From positions 67,017-131,016 of the forward strand of contig CAWIFV010000016.1 of NCBI GenBank assembly GCA_963835405.1: DNA of 64,000 nucleotides. The letters are read 5' to 3'. This DNA is from an uncultured Actinomycetota bacterium. GTDB lineage: Bacteria > Actinomycetota > Actinomycetes > JAFAQI01. Under the pieces are notes generated by a model. The model was not told the DNA's origin and made no database searches. It saw only the letters and a list, made by a program, of their open reading frames with translations. The translations under genes and the position numbers were made by a program. Below, piece by piece: positions 54,617-64,000 of this stretch. The stretch's first letter is position 1, and every line of letters begins with the position of its first letter.

Positions 54617-54890
54617 GTGATCGTCCTCACGCGCTTCAACGGGCCGCAGTTCCTGCTGAACCCGGACCTGATCGAACGGGTCGACGCGACACCGGACACC
54701 GTGATCACGCTGGTGAACGGGACGAAGTACGTCGTCGCCGAGAACGTCGAGTCCGTCATCGACCTCGTCGTCGGCTACCACGCGCGCATCCTCGCGACCG
54801 CAGACACGCTGGTCTGCCACGGACGACATGCTCGCCACCACCCAGGCGACCTCCTCACTCCGCGTGGTGCCGGGCGACGGCGAGGGCTGA
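54617..54890 (+). CDS. flbD: FlbD/SwrD-family protein, 3' frameshift
   Basis: MIVLTRFNG..LNPDLIE..TPDTVITL. Confidence 0.88.
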
Positions 54891-54891
54891 C

Positions 54892-55672
54892 ATGGATGCC
54901 GCGACCGCCCTCGGGGTCGGTCTGGCCTTCGTCGCGATCCTCGGGTCGCTGATCCTCGAGGGCAGCAGCCCGATGGCGATCCTGCTGCTGCCCGCGATGC
55001 TGCTCGTGATCGGCGGCACGATCGGCGCGACGATGGCCAGCGGTCTGCTCCGCGACATCAAGGACGCGCCGGGGTGGCTGGTCAAGGCGTTCGTGGCCAA
55101 GTCGGATCCCGACGACGACGTCATCCCCGTGCTGGTCCAGCTCGCCGACAAGGCGCGGCGCGAGGGGCTGCTGGCGCTGGAGGAGGGGGCCCGCGAGGTC
55201 GACGACCCCTTCCTGCGCACGAGCCTCGAGCTCGCCATCGACGGGACCGACCCGGACGTGCTGCAGGACATCCTCGACGCGGAGGTCGCGGCCAAGCGCA
55301 AGGCCGACAACGCGGCGGCGAAGGTGTTCGCCGACATGGGCGGCTACTCCCCCACCATGGGGATCATCGGGACCGTCGTCGGTCTCGTGCACGTCCTGCA
55401 GAACCTCTCCTCGCCGGAGCGGCTCGGGCCGCTGATCGCGAGCGCCTTCGTCGCGACGTTGTGGGGCATCATGCTCGCCAACGTCGTCTGGCTGCCGGTG
55501 AGCAACCGGATCAAGCGGCTCTCTGAGCTCGAGATCCGCCGGATGGAGGCGGTGGTCGGAGGGCATCCTGTCGATCCAGTCGGGCGTCAACCCGCGGCTG
55601 ATCCAGCAGAAGCTGCGGTCGCTGCTGCCCGAGTCGCCCCACCCGAAGCCGACGGCCGAGGAGGCGGCGTGA
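54892..55672 (+). CDS. motA: Stator MotA, 3' frameshift
   Basis: ARREGLLALE, PTMGIIGTV, AFVATLWG. Confidence 0.93.
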
Positions 55673-56469
55673 GCAGCAGCCGACGCAACCGGCGGCGCCG
55701 CAACGAGCCCGAGGCAGACGGCAGCCACGACAACAGCGAGCGCTGGCTGCTCACCTACTCCGACATGATCACGTTGCTGATGGTGCTCTTCGTCGTCCTC
55801 TTCGCGCTCAGCAAGGTGGACCAGGCGAAGTGGGAGGCACTCACCAAGAGCCTCGCGGCCGGGTTCGGGGCGCCCCAGCACGCCGTCAGCGGCGGGCAGG
55901 GAGTGCTGGCCGGGACGCAGCCCGATCCCGACACGCTCGACCTCGGCGTGGCGATGCAGGCCGTGCAGCAGCAGCGCGAGGCGGCGGCCGCCCAGCGCAG
56001 CACGCTCGAGTCCGCCCGCGACCAGATGCTCGACGCGCTGCGGAAGCGCCACCTCGACCAGGACGTCCGGTTCGACCTCGAGGCACGCGGGCTCGTCGTC
56101 AGCATCGTCACCGACGACGTGCTGTTCGCCACCGGGTCGGCGACGCTGCGCTCGACGGGAGGCCGGGTGCTCGACTCGATCGTCGGTGTCCTGCGCACCC
56201 TGCCGAACGACATCGCGGTGGAGGGGCACACCGACAACGTGCCGATCCAGTCGCCGCAGTTCGCGACCAACTGGGAGCTGTCCGCGATCCGCGCGACGAC
56301 AGTGCTGCGCTTCCTCGCCGACGGCCACGGGATCGCGTCCGCGCGGTTGTCGTCGGCGGGGTACGCCGACCAGCGGCCGGTGGCGCCCAACTCCACGGCG
56401 CAGGGGCGCGCCCGCAACCGCCGGGTCGCCGTCGTCGTGCTCGCGGACCTGTCCGGCCACCACTACTAG
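55669..56469 (+). CDS. motB: Stator MotB
   Basis: WLLTYSDMITLL, EGHTDN, NWELS, NRRV. Confidence 0.95.
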   Translation: MSSSRRNRRRRNEPEADGSHDNSERWLLTYSDMITLLMVLFVVLFALSKVDQAKWEALTKSLAAGFGAPQHAVSGGQGVLAGTQPDPDTLDLGVAMQAVQQQREAAAAQRSTLESARDQMLDALRKRHLDQDVRFDLEARGLVVSIVTDDVLFATGSATLRSTGGRVLDSIVGVLRTLPNDIAVEGHTDNVPIQSPQFATNWELSAIRATTVLRFLADGHGIASARLSSAGYADQRPVAPNSTAQGRARNRRVAVVVLADLSGHHY

Positions 56470-56511
56470 AAGCGACGCCGACTCCGACGGCGACGGGAAC
56501 GGGGTGACTGC

Positions 56512-57069
56512 GTGGCCAGGCGCAAGCGCGGGCAGACCGACGGCGAACCGACAGCCGATGTCGGCGGCCGCGACGGGCTCGGGCAGAGCAGCGGTGCGCG
56601 CGACGACGCCCAGGCCGGCGAGGCCACGGGCGGGAAGCGCAAGGGCGGCAAGCGCAAGAAGCTGCTCGTCGCGCTCGTGCTGGTCGCTGTCGTCGCCGGC
56701 GGCGAGGTAACCGGCAAGCTGCCCGGGCTGCGCCACGGGGACGCCGCGCCGGCGAAGCCGGTGCCCGGGACGGTGCTCACGCTCGACCCGATCACCCTGA
56801 ACCTGGCGGACGGCCACTACCTGAAGCTGGGTCTCGCGCTGCAGATGGTGAAGGAGAAGTCGTCGGGCGAGGCGGCCACGACGACCGCGGCGAGCGAAGG
56901 CGCGAAGGCGCTCGACCTCGCGATCACCCGGTTCGCCAGCACGACGATGAACCAGCTGCTCGCCACGGGAGGGCGGGAGAAGGCGAAGGCACAGCTGAAG
57001 GAGGCGGTGGTCAAGCGCTACGACGGCAAGGTCATGGACATCTACTTCACGGAGTTCGTCATGCAGTGA
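56512..57069 (+). CDS. fliL: FliL
   Basis: Basic patch, TM segment, TLNLADG, IYFTEFVMQ. Confidence 0.9.
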   Translation: MARRKRGQTDGEPTADVGGRDGLGQSSGARDDAQAGEATGGKRKGGKRKKLLVALVLVAVVAGGEVTGKLPGLRHGDAAPAKPVPGTVLTLDPITLNLADGHYLKLGLALQMVKEKSSGEAATTTAASEGAKALDLAITRFASTTMNQLLATGGREKAKAQLKEAVVKRYDGKVMDIYFTEFVMQ

Positions 57070-57107
57070 CCCCCTCGGGACCAACGTCCCGTCACTCCTC
57101 TACTCCC

Positions 57108-57135
57108 CTCAGTCACGCCCATCCGGCGACGATGG
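57108..57135 (+). promoter_or_regulatory. FliA-type promoter for fliM
   Basis: CTCA-N16-GACGATGG, preceded by palindrome CGGGAC-caac-GTCCCG at 57076-57091. Confidence 0.55.
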
Positions 57136-58062
57136 GTGGCTGTGACCGAGGGCGGAGCAGCACGCGGTAAGCGCGGCGGCCCGCAGCGCTACGACTTCCG
57201 ACGGCCCAACAAGCTCAGCCGCGACCACGTCCGTGCCCTGCAGATCGTCTACGAGACCTTCGCCCGCCAGTTCGGCACGCTCCTGAGCACCTCGCTGCGG
57301 GTCACGTCTCAGGTGACCCTCGTCAGCGTCGAGCAGCTGACGTACGACGAGTACGTGCGCTCCCTCGAGATGCCCACCTGCCTGGTCATGCTCGCAGCCG
57401 AGCCACTCGCCCGACCGGGATCGCTCCAGGTGTCGATGCGACAGCACGATGCTCCTCATCGATCACCTGCTCGGCGGCAACGGCACCGGGAAGCAGCCGA
57501 GCCGGCCGCTGACGCAGATCGAGACGGCGCTCGTGCGCGGGCTGTACGACCGCGTCCTGCACGAGCTGGCCTACGCGTTCGAGTCGCTGTCGAAGATCGA
57601 CGCCTCGCTGGTGGCGCTCGAGTCCAATCCGCAGTTCGCGCAGATCGCCACCGCCTCCGACATGATGATCGTCGCGTCGTTCGAGATGAGCTCGGCAGCG
57701 ACGACTCGGTCGCGACGCTGTGCCTGCCCTTCGCCAGCGTGTTCCCCATCCTCGAGACGTCCGTCGGCCGGGCGGCGTTCGCCCACCGGCAGGACCGGGC
57801 CGGCCTCGCCGCCGCGGCGCTGCGCGAGGGACTGCGCGAGGTCGAGGTCGCCGTCGCGGTGCGGTTCCGGCCGAGCGCGCTGTCGCCACAGCAGATCCTC
57901 GACCTCGCGCCCGGTGACGTGCTGCGCCTGGGCCACCCACTGTCCGAGCCGCTGCTCGTCACCGCCGGCGACGCCGTCACCGCGCGCGGCGTCCCCGGCA
58001 TGTCCGGCAAGCGACTCGCCTGCCTGATCGTCGAACCCAGCGAGGGCCGGGAGCACGAGTGA
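57136..58062 (+). CDS. fliM: Motor switch FliM, frameshifted
   Basis: [28 protein letters not shown]-terminal SpoA domain. Confidence 0.9.
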   Translation: MAVTEGGAARGKRGGPQRYDFRRPNKLSRDHVRALQIVYETFARQFGTLLSTSLRVTSQVTLVSVEQLTYDEYVRSLEMPTCLVMLAAEPLARPGSLQVSMRQHDAPHRSPARRQRHREAAEPAADADRDGARARAVRPRPARAGLRVRVAVEDRRLAGGARVQSAVRADRHRLRHDDRRVVRDELGSDDSVATLCLPFASVFPILETSVGRAAFAHRQDRAGLAAAALREGLREVEVAVAVRFRPSALSPQQILDLAPGDVLRLGHPLSEPLLVTAGDAVTARGVPGMSGKRLACLIVEPSEGREHE

Positions 58063-58063
58063 C

Positions 58064-58860
58064 ATGACAATGACCATGGTCGAACCCGGCGTGCTGCTCG
58101 CCGAGGCCGCAACCCTGCTCTCGACGCGGCTGCAGGTGAGCGGCGCCGAGTCCACCGACCCGGCACCGGTCACCGACCCGGCCGCGCTGGTGCCCGGGCC
58201 CGGCGCCGTCGCGGTCGAGGCGACCGTGACGGGCACGGTGACCGGCGCCGTGATGCTGCTCGTCGGGTCGCGGCTGCACGACACGCTCGCCGCCCGCGGC
58301 GACGCCACGAGGACGCTGACGGAGGCGCTCGCCGCCGTCGTCGCGCTGATCCCCGGCGCGGAGGTCACCGACGCCCGGCCGTCATCGCCCGACCGGCTGT
58401 TCGACGGCTTCGGCCAGACGCCCGGGCTGCACTTCGTGTCACTCGCCGAGCGCGGGCGCCAGGTGGCGTCCCTCGCGCTCGCCGGCGACGCGCACCGGCC
58501 GCACCGGCCGCACCGGAGGAGGTGGAGCCCCCCGCGCCGACCCCCGTCGCCTACCCGCCGCTGGTCTCCTCCGGCTCGGTGCGCGACGTCCCGGACGCCG
58601 ACTGGACCTGCTACGAGACGTCCAGATGGCGGTCACCGTCGAGCTGGGCGCACCCACATGACCGTCCAGAACCTCCTCGGCCTCACGCCGGGCGCCGTCG
58701 TCGAGCTGGACCGGGCGGCCGGCTCCCCGGTGGACATCCTGGTCAACGGCACGCTGATCGCCCGCGGCGAGGTCGTCGTCATCGACGAGGAGTTCGGCGT
58801 CCGGGTGTCGGAGATCGTGGGACCCGAGCCGGGCGACGCGCAGCGAGAGCGGATCGGCGC
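58064..58860 (+). CDS. fliN: FliN with long N-terminal extension, frameshifted, end approximate
   Basis: [27 protein letters not shown]. Confidence 0.85.
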
Positions 58861-59220
58861 GGAGGATCGTCGCACGCTCGCTCGGCTCGCTCGTCGTCGT
58901 CGTCCTCCTCCTCGTCTTCGCCGCCCGGCTGCTCCAGCGCGGCGGTCTGCGCCCGGACGTCCCGGGCCCGGCAGCAGCACGCGCCGCGGGTGGTCGCGCG
59001 CCAGCAGCTCGCCCGCGGGGCGGCGCTCGTCGTGGTCGAGGTCGACGAGCAGCGCCTGCTGCTGTCCGTCACGGGCGGCAGCGGCGGTTCGATCCAGCTG
59101 CTGCAGACATTCGCCGTCGACGAGGTGCCCGCCGAGCGCGCGGCGCCCGCACCTGCCGCACGCTCGCTCCCGCCGCTGCTCACGCAGCTGCGGGAGATGA
59201 CCGTCCGGCGCGCCCGGTGA
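58850..59220 (+). CDS. fliO: FliO-like protein, start obscured by indels
   Basis: TM segment, [26 protein letters not shown]. Confidence 0.7.
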
Positions 59221-60035
59221 CCGACGGCGCCCGGTCGCGACGCTGGCGGTCGCTGACCGTGGCCCTCGCCGGCATCGCCACCGCGGTGCTGCTGGGCCCC
59301 ACCCCCGCGCTGGCCGACCCCGGGTCGCCGGTCGGCCCGGCCGCACCCACCGGACCGGCCACCCCGTCTCCCGGACCCGGGCTGCAGGTCGACCTGCACG
59401 GTGTCGCCGGTAAGCCCAGCCAGTCGCTCCTCATCATCCTGGCGCTGACGGTGCTGTCGCTGGCGCCGGCGCTGCTGATCCTGACGACGAGCTTCACGAA
59501 GATCGTCGTCGTGCTGTCGCTGACCCGCAACGCGCTGGGTCTGCAGTCGGTGCCGCCCAACCAGGTGCTGGTCGGGCTCGCGCTGTTCCTGAGCCTGTTC
59601 ATCATGGCCCCGGTGCTGTCGCAGGTGAACGACGCCGGAGTCCAGCCCTACCTGAAGGGCCAGAAGACACAGTCGGTGGCGTTCCACGACGGCGTGGCAC
59701 CGCTGCGGACGTTCATGCTGAAGCAGACCCGGTCCGAGGAGCTCGGGCTGTTCGTGAAGGCGAGCAAGGAGAAGCCGCCGGCCAAGCCCGAGGACGTGTC
59801 GCTGACCACTCTCGTCCCCGCGTTCGTGCTCTGGGAGCTGAAGTCGGCGTTCATCATCGGGTTCGTCGTCTTCATCCCGTTCCTGGTCATCGACCTGGTC
59901 GTCAGCTCCGTCGCTGATGTCGATGGGCATGATGATGCTGCCGCCGGTGCTGGTGTCGCTGCCGTTCAAGCTGCTGCTGTTCGTGATGGTCGACGGCTGG
60001 GCCCTGGTGGTCGAGCCCTCCTCGCGCGTCGGTAG
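59217..60035 (+). CDS. fliP: Export gate FliP, 3' frameshift
   Basis: [32 protein letters not shown]. Confidence 0.93.
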   Translation: MTDGARSRRWRSLTVALAGIATAVLLGPTPALADPGSPVGPAAPTGPATPSPGPGLQVDLHGVAGKPSQSLLIILALTVLSLAPALLILTTSFTKIVVVLSLTRNALGLQSVPPNQVLVGLALFLSLFIMAPVLSQVNDAGVQPYLKGQKTQSVAFHDGVAPLRTFMLKQTRSEELGLFVKASKEKPPAKPEDVSLTTLVPAFVLWELKSAFIIGFVVFIPFLVIDLVVSSVADVDGHDDAAAGAGVAAVQAAAVRDGRRLGPGGRALLARR

Positions 60036-60041
60036 CCGGCC

Positions 60042-60318
60042 ATGACCGAGGTGCAGGTCGTCGAGATCGCGCATGAAGGCGCTGTTCGTCGCGGCGAAGG
60101 TCGCCGCCCCGGTGCTGCTCGTCAGCCTGGCGGTCGGCTTCGTGATCTCGCTCTTCCAGTCGGTCACCCAGCTGCAGGAGGCGACGCTCACCTTCGTGCC
60201 GAAGCTCGCCGCCGCCGGACTCAACCTGCTCGTCGCCGGCGGCTGGATGCTGCGCGAGCTGATGGGGCTGACCCACGCGCTGTTCGACATGCTGCCGCGG
60301 CTGCTCGGCAGCGGCTAG
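60042..60318 (+). CDS. fliQ: FliQ, frameshift near 60070
   Basis: [17 protein letters not shown]. Confidence 0.92.
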
Positions 60319-60326
60319 CCGACGCC

Positions 60327-61094
60327 ATGTCCGTCGAGCTGCCGCTGGCGCCGCTGATCGCGTTCCTGCTCGCGACGGTGCGCGCGTCGGCGTGGCTGCT
60401 CGTCACCCCGCCGTTTCGCACCCGCGCCATTCCCGTGCAGGCCCGGGTCGGGCTCGCGATGGCGATCGCGCTGCCCACCGCCGGGCGGCTCGCCGCGACC
60501 GCGCCGCCGGCCGAGCCCGCGGCGCTCGCCCAGGCCGCCCTCGTGCAGGTGGCCGCCGGGCTGGCGCTCGGGATCGTCGTGATGATCCTGGTGGCGGCGC
60601 TCGAGGCGGCCGGCAGCATCGTCGACCTGCTCGGCGGGTTCGCGATGGGCGCGGCGTACGACCCGATGTCCGAGATGACGAGCACCGTGTTCGCCCGCAT
60701 CCAGCAGCTGCTCGCCACCACGCTGCTGTTCGTCCTGAACGGCCACCTGCTCGTGCTGCACGGCTTCATGGCGTCGTACGACGCCCTGCCGCTGACCGGC
60801 GGCATTGCCACCGACCGGATCACGGAGATCATCACCCACGACCTCGGGACGTTCCTGCTCGCCGCCGCGCAGATCGCCGCGCCGCTGGTCGTCGTGTCGT
60901 TCGTCGCCGAGATCGGGCTCGGCATCCTCAGCCGGGCCGCGCCGGCGCTGAACATCATCAGCGTCGGCTTCCCGCTGAAGATCCTGGTCACCCTGCTGCT
61001 CGCCGCGACGATGCTCGCCGCAGCTCCCGGGGCGGTGACCCGGCTCGTCAACGAGGCGCTGCGGTCGATGGCGGCGCTCGTCGGGGTGACCTGA
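60327..61094 (+). CDS. fliR: FliR
   Basis: Multi-TM; SRAAPALN..GFPLK. Confidence 0.92.
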   Translation: MSVELPLAPLIAFLLATVRASAWLLVTPPFRTRAIPVQARVGLAMAIALPTAGRLAATAPPAEPAALAQAALVQVAAGLALGIVVMILVAALEAAGSIVDLLGGFAMGAAYDPMSEMTSTVFARIQQLLATTLLFVLNGHLLVLHGFMASYDALPLTGGIATDRITEIITHDLGTFLLAAAQIAAPLVVVSFVAEIGLGILSRAAPALNIISVGFPLKILVTLLLAATMLAAAPGAVTRLVNEALRSMAALVGVT

Positions 61095-62227
61095 TGGCCG
61101 ACCGGTCCTCCGCCACCGAGAAACCGACCCCGCGCAAGCTGCGCGAGGCGCGGCGTGAGGGGCGGATCGCGAAGTCGCAGGAGCTGACGACGTGGACCGG
61201 CCTGCTCGCCGCGTCGTACGTGATGGGCCCGACCGTGAGCCGCGCCGGGCGCCTCGGCATCGACCTGGTGAACCGCGGCACGGACCTGATCGCCCACCCG
61301 GACGCCACCGCGGCGACCGCGTTGCTGCGCCGTGGGCTCACCGGCGTCGTGCCGGTGCTGCTGCTCCCCTGCCTCGTGCTGGTCCTGGCCGCCGTCGGGA
61401 CGGCTGCGGCGCAGGGCGCGGCCCGCCCGGCGCCGAAGCTGCTGAAGCCCAAGTGGAGCCGGCTCAACCCCGGGCCCAACCTCAAGCGGATGGTCGGCGG
61501 CTCCGGCCTGTGGGAGGGCGCCAAGTCGCTGCTGAAGGTGGTCGTGCTCGGGCTGGTGCTGTGGCGGGGCATCTCCGCGCTGCTGCCGGTGCTGCACGCG
61601 ACCGGCGAGAACACGCTGTCGACCGTGCTGTCCGCCGGCTGGGCGCAGCTGCTGTGGCTGATGCGGGCGACCGCCGGCGCGGGTCTCGTGCTCGCGCTCG
61701 CCGACTACGCGATCAACCGGAAGCGACTGCGCAAGCAGCTCCGGATGACCCGTCAGGAGGTCAAGGACGAGATGCGGCAGGCCGAGGGCGACCCCCTCGT
61801 CCGCAGCGCGATCCGCTCGCGGCAGCTGGCGATCAGTCGCAACCGGATGATGGCGGCGGTCAGCACCGCCGAGGTCGTGCTCGTCAACCCCACGCATCTC
61901 GCGGTGGCGCTGCACTACGCGCAGGGACAGGGCGCGCCGACGGTGGTCGCGAAGGGCGCCGGCAAGCTCGCGGCGCGCATCCGCGCGGAGGCCGGGAAGC
62001 ACGGCGTGCCGGTCATCCACGACGTGCCGCTCGCGCGCGCCGTCTACCACGCCTGCGACATCGGCCAGCAGATCCCGGCCACGCTCTACGCCGCCGTGGC
62101 CCGGGTGCTCGCGTTCGTGTTCTCGCTCCGCACTCAGAAAGCGCGCCCGGCGACCGATAGGAGTGCCGCCAGGAGGCACGACGCAGCCCACGGACGGGTC
62201 GATCGGCAGGAGAGCCGTGTCCGGTAG
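61094..62227 (+). CDS. flhB: FlhB
   Basis: TEKPTPRK, EGDP, NPTH autocleavage motif. Confidence 0.95.
   Translation: MADRSSATEKPTPRKLREARREGRIAKSQELTTWTGLLAASYVMGPTVSRAGRLGIDLVNRGTDLIAHPDATAATALLRRGLTGVVPVLLLPCLVLVLAAVGTAAAQGAARPAPKLLKPKWSRLNPGPNLKRMVGGSGLWEGAKSLLKVVVLGLVLWRGISALLPVLHATGENTLSTVLSAGWAQLLWLMRATAGAGLVLALADYAINRKRLRKQLRMTRQEVKDEMRQAEGDPLVRSAIRSRQLAISRNRMMAAVSTAEVVLVNPTHLAVALHYAQGQGAPTVVAKGAGKLAARIRAEAGKHGVPVIHDVPLARAVYHACDIGQQIPATLYAAVARVLAFVFSLRTQKARPATDRSAARRHDAAHGRVDRQESRVR
62133..62160 (+). promoter_or_regulatory. FliA-type promoter for flhA, inside the flhB 3' end
   Basis: CTCA-N16-ACCGATAG. Confidence 0.6.
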
Positions 62228-64000
62228 CCGGGTGGGCCAGTTCGCGATCCCCGCGGCGGTCGTCGGCATCGTCGTGATGATGGTCGTGCCGCTGCCGGCA
62301 GGGCTGCTCGACGTGCTCCTCGCCTGCAACATCACCGCGGCGCTCGTGATCCTGCTCGTGAGCATGAACGTGCGCCGCGCCGCTCGACTTCGACGTCTTC
62401 CCGTCGTTGCTGCTGATCGCGACGATGTTCCGGCTGGCGTTGAACGTCAGCGCGACCCGGCTGGTGCTGCTGCACGGCTATGCCGGCAAGGTCATCGAGG
62501 CGTTCGGGCAGTTCGTCGTCGGCGGCGACGATCGTCGTCGGCCTCGTCGTCTTCCTGATCCTCATCGTGATCCAGTTCATCGTGATCACCAACGGGGCGG
62601 GCCGCATCGCCGAGGTCGGCGCCCGGTTCACCCTCGACGCGATGCCGGGCAAGCAGATGGCGATCGACGCCGACCTCAACGCCGGGCTGATCGACGAGCA
62701 GGACGCGCGCCAGCGCCGCGCCGAGATCGGCGCCGAGGCCGACTTCTACGGGGCGATGGACGGCGCGTCGAAGTTCGTCAAGGGCGACGCCATCGCCGCC
62801 ATCGTCATCACGCTCGATCAACCTCGTCGGCGGGTTCGTCATCGGCGTCGTCCAGCACGAGATGGCGATGGGCGAGGCGATCTCCACCTACAGCCTGCTC
62901 ACGCGTCGGCGACGGCCTGGTCTCCCAGATCCCCGCCCTGCTCATCTCGATCGCGACCGGCCTCATCGTCACCCGCGCCGCCGGCCGCGGCGACATGGGC
63001 AGCGACGTGCTGGCACAGCTCGGCCGGCAGCGCCGCGCCATCCTCATCGCCGGCGTCGCCGTCGTCGCGATCGCCCTGGTGCCCGGGCTGCCGAAGCTGC
63101 CGTTCCTCCTCGTCGGCGGTGTGCTGCTGCTGGTCACCCGGCGCATTTCCGAACCGGAGACCGCCGAGGACGCACCTGTCCCCCGAGCCCGCGCTCGACC
63201 CCGCCGAGCAGCTGGCCGAGGACATGAAGGTCGAGCCGCTCGAGGTCGAGCTGGCCTACAACCTGATCGACCTGGTCGACTCGACGGTGGGCGGCGACCT
63301 GCTGGACCGGGTGAAGGCGCTGCGCCGCAAGATCGCGCTCGAGCTGGGGATCGTCATACCCCTCGTGCGGACCCGCGACAACGTCGACCTCGCACCGAAC
63401 CGCTACGTGGTGCGCGTCAACGGCGTCGAGGCGAGCAGCGGCGAGGCGCCCCCGGGCTGCGTGCTCGTCATCGGCGAGGAGCTCGGGTCGCTGCCCGGAA
63501 CGCTGACCCGGGAGCCCGTGTTCGGCCTGCCCGCCAAGTGGCTGCCCGTCGAGCTGAGGCCACAGGCCGAGCGCCTCGGGACCACGGTGGTCGACCGCGC
63601 GTCAGTCGTCACCACGCATCTCGCCGAGATCGTCCGCACCCACGGCTCGCGGCTGCTGTGCCGGGAGGATGTGAAGGCGCTCGTGGAGACGGTGCGCCGC
63701 ACCCACCCGACCGTCGTCGAGGAGCTACCCGAACCAGCTCTCGCTCGGCGAGGTGCAGCGCGTGCTCGCGGCGCTGCTGGACGAGCGCGTCTCGATCCGC
63801 GACCTGCCCCGCATCTGCGAGGCGCTGTCGGTGCAGGCGCGCCGCTCCCCGGACCCCGAGGCACTCGTCGAGGCGGCCCGCGCGACGCTGGGCGCCGCGA
63901 TCTCGGCGCCGTACGCCGTCGGCGGCCGGCTGCCGGTCATCACCATCGACCCGCTGGCCGAGCAGCTGCTGCTCGAGTCGCTGCGCTCGGGCGAGAACGG
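62217..64000 (+). CDS. flhA: FlhA, frameshifted, runs off the window
   Basis: [44 protein letters not shown]. Confidence 0.95.

Noticed and set aside
50124-56469. Very long ORFs (1337 aa and 1188 aa) and many antisense ORFs
   Set aside because: Stop-poor shadow frames in high-GC DNA, stitched across indels; known flagellar genes explain the region.
1-64000. CRISPR arrays, tRNA/rRNA, transposases
   Set aside because: No regularly spaced repeats, RNA-gene signatures or transposase motifs were seen by eye.

Overview
Very GC-rich DNA from a flagellated Actinomycetota. Taxonomy is inferred from gene content: a WhiG/FliA-type sigma, an F420/Ddn-family protein, no L/P-ring genes and actinobacterial-type che/fla order. 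From left to right the window holds: (1) an arsenic cluster arsC-acr3-arsR/arsI; (2) a stress/dormancy-like block (crotonase, PNPOx-like protein, beta-PGM, GH65, P3A H+-ATPase, Ddn-family protein, YihY); (3) two chemoreceptors and two c-di-GMP enzymes; (4) late flagellar genes csrA-fliW-flgLKN and fliA-fliC-fliD-fliS; (5) an accessory block (NarK, regulator, YwiC, HA-repeat protein, and a direct-repeat-bounded islet carrying mazEF); (6) a che operon; (7) the basal-body/export cluster flgB to flhA, which runs off the end. Many genes carry small indels in patches, most likely long-read assembly errors, so their coordinates are approximate. The strongest leads are the 13-bp-repeat-flanked TA islet, a chemoreceptor with no ligand domain and a C-terminal STAS/SEC14-like domain, a phosphodiesterase ending in a recombinase-type HTH, unnamed genes inside the che operon alongside a FliM lacking the CheY-docking peptide, and three recurring cis-motifs (FliA promoters, CsrA hairpins, DosR/OsdR-like boxes). 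All family assignments come from motif recognition by eye; no searches were run.
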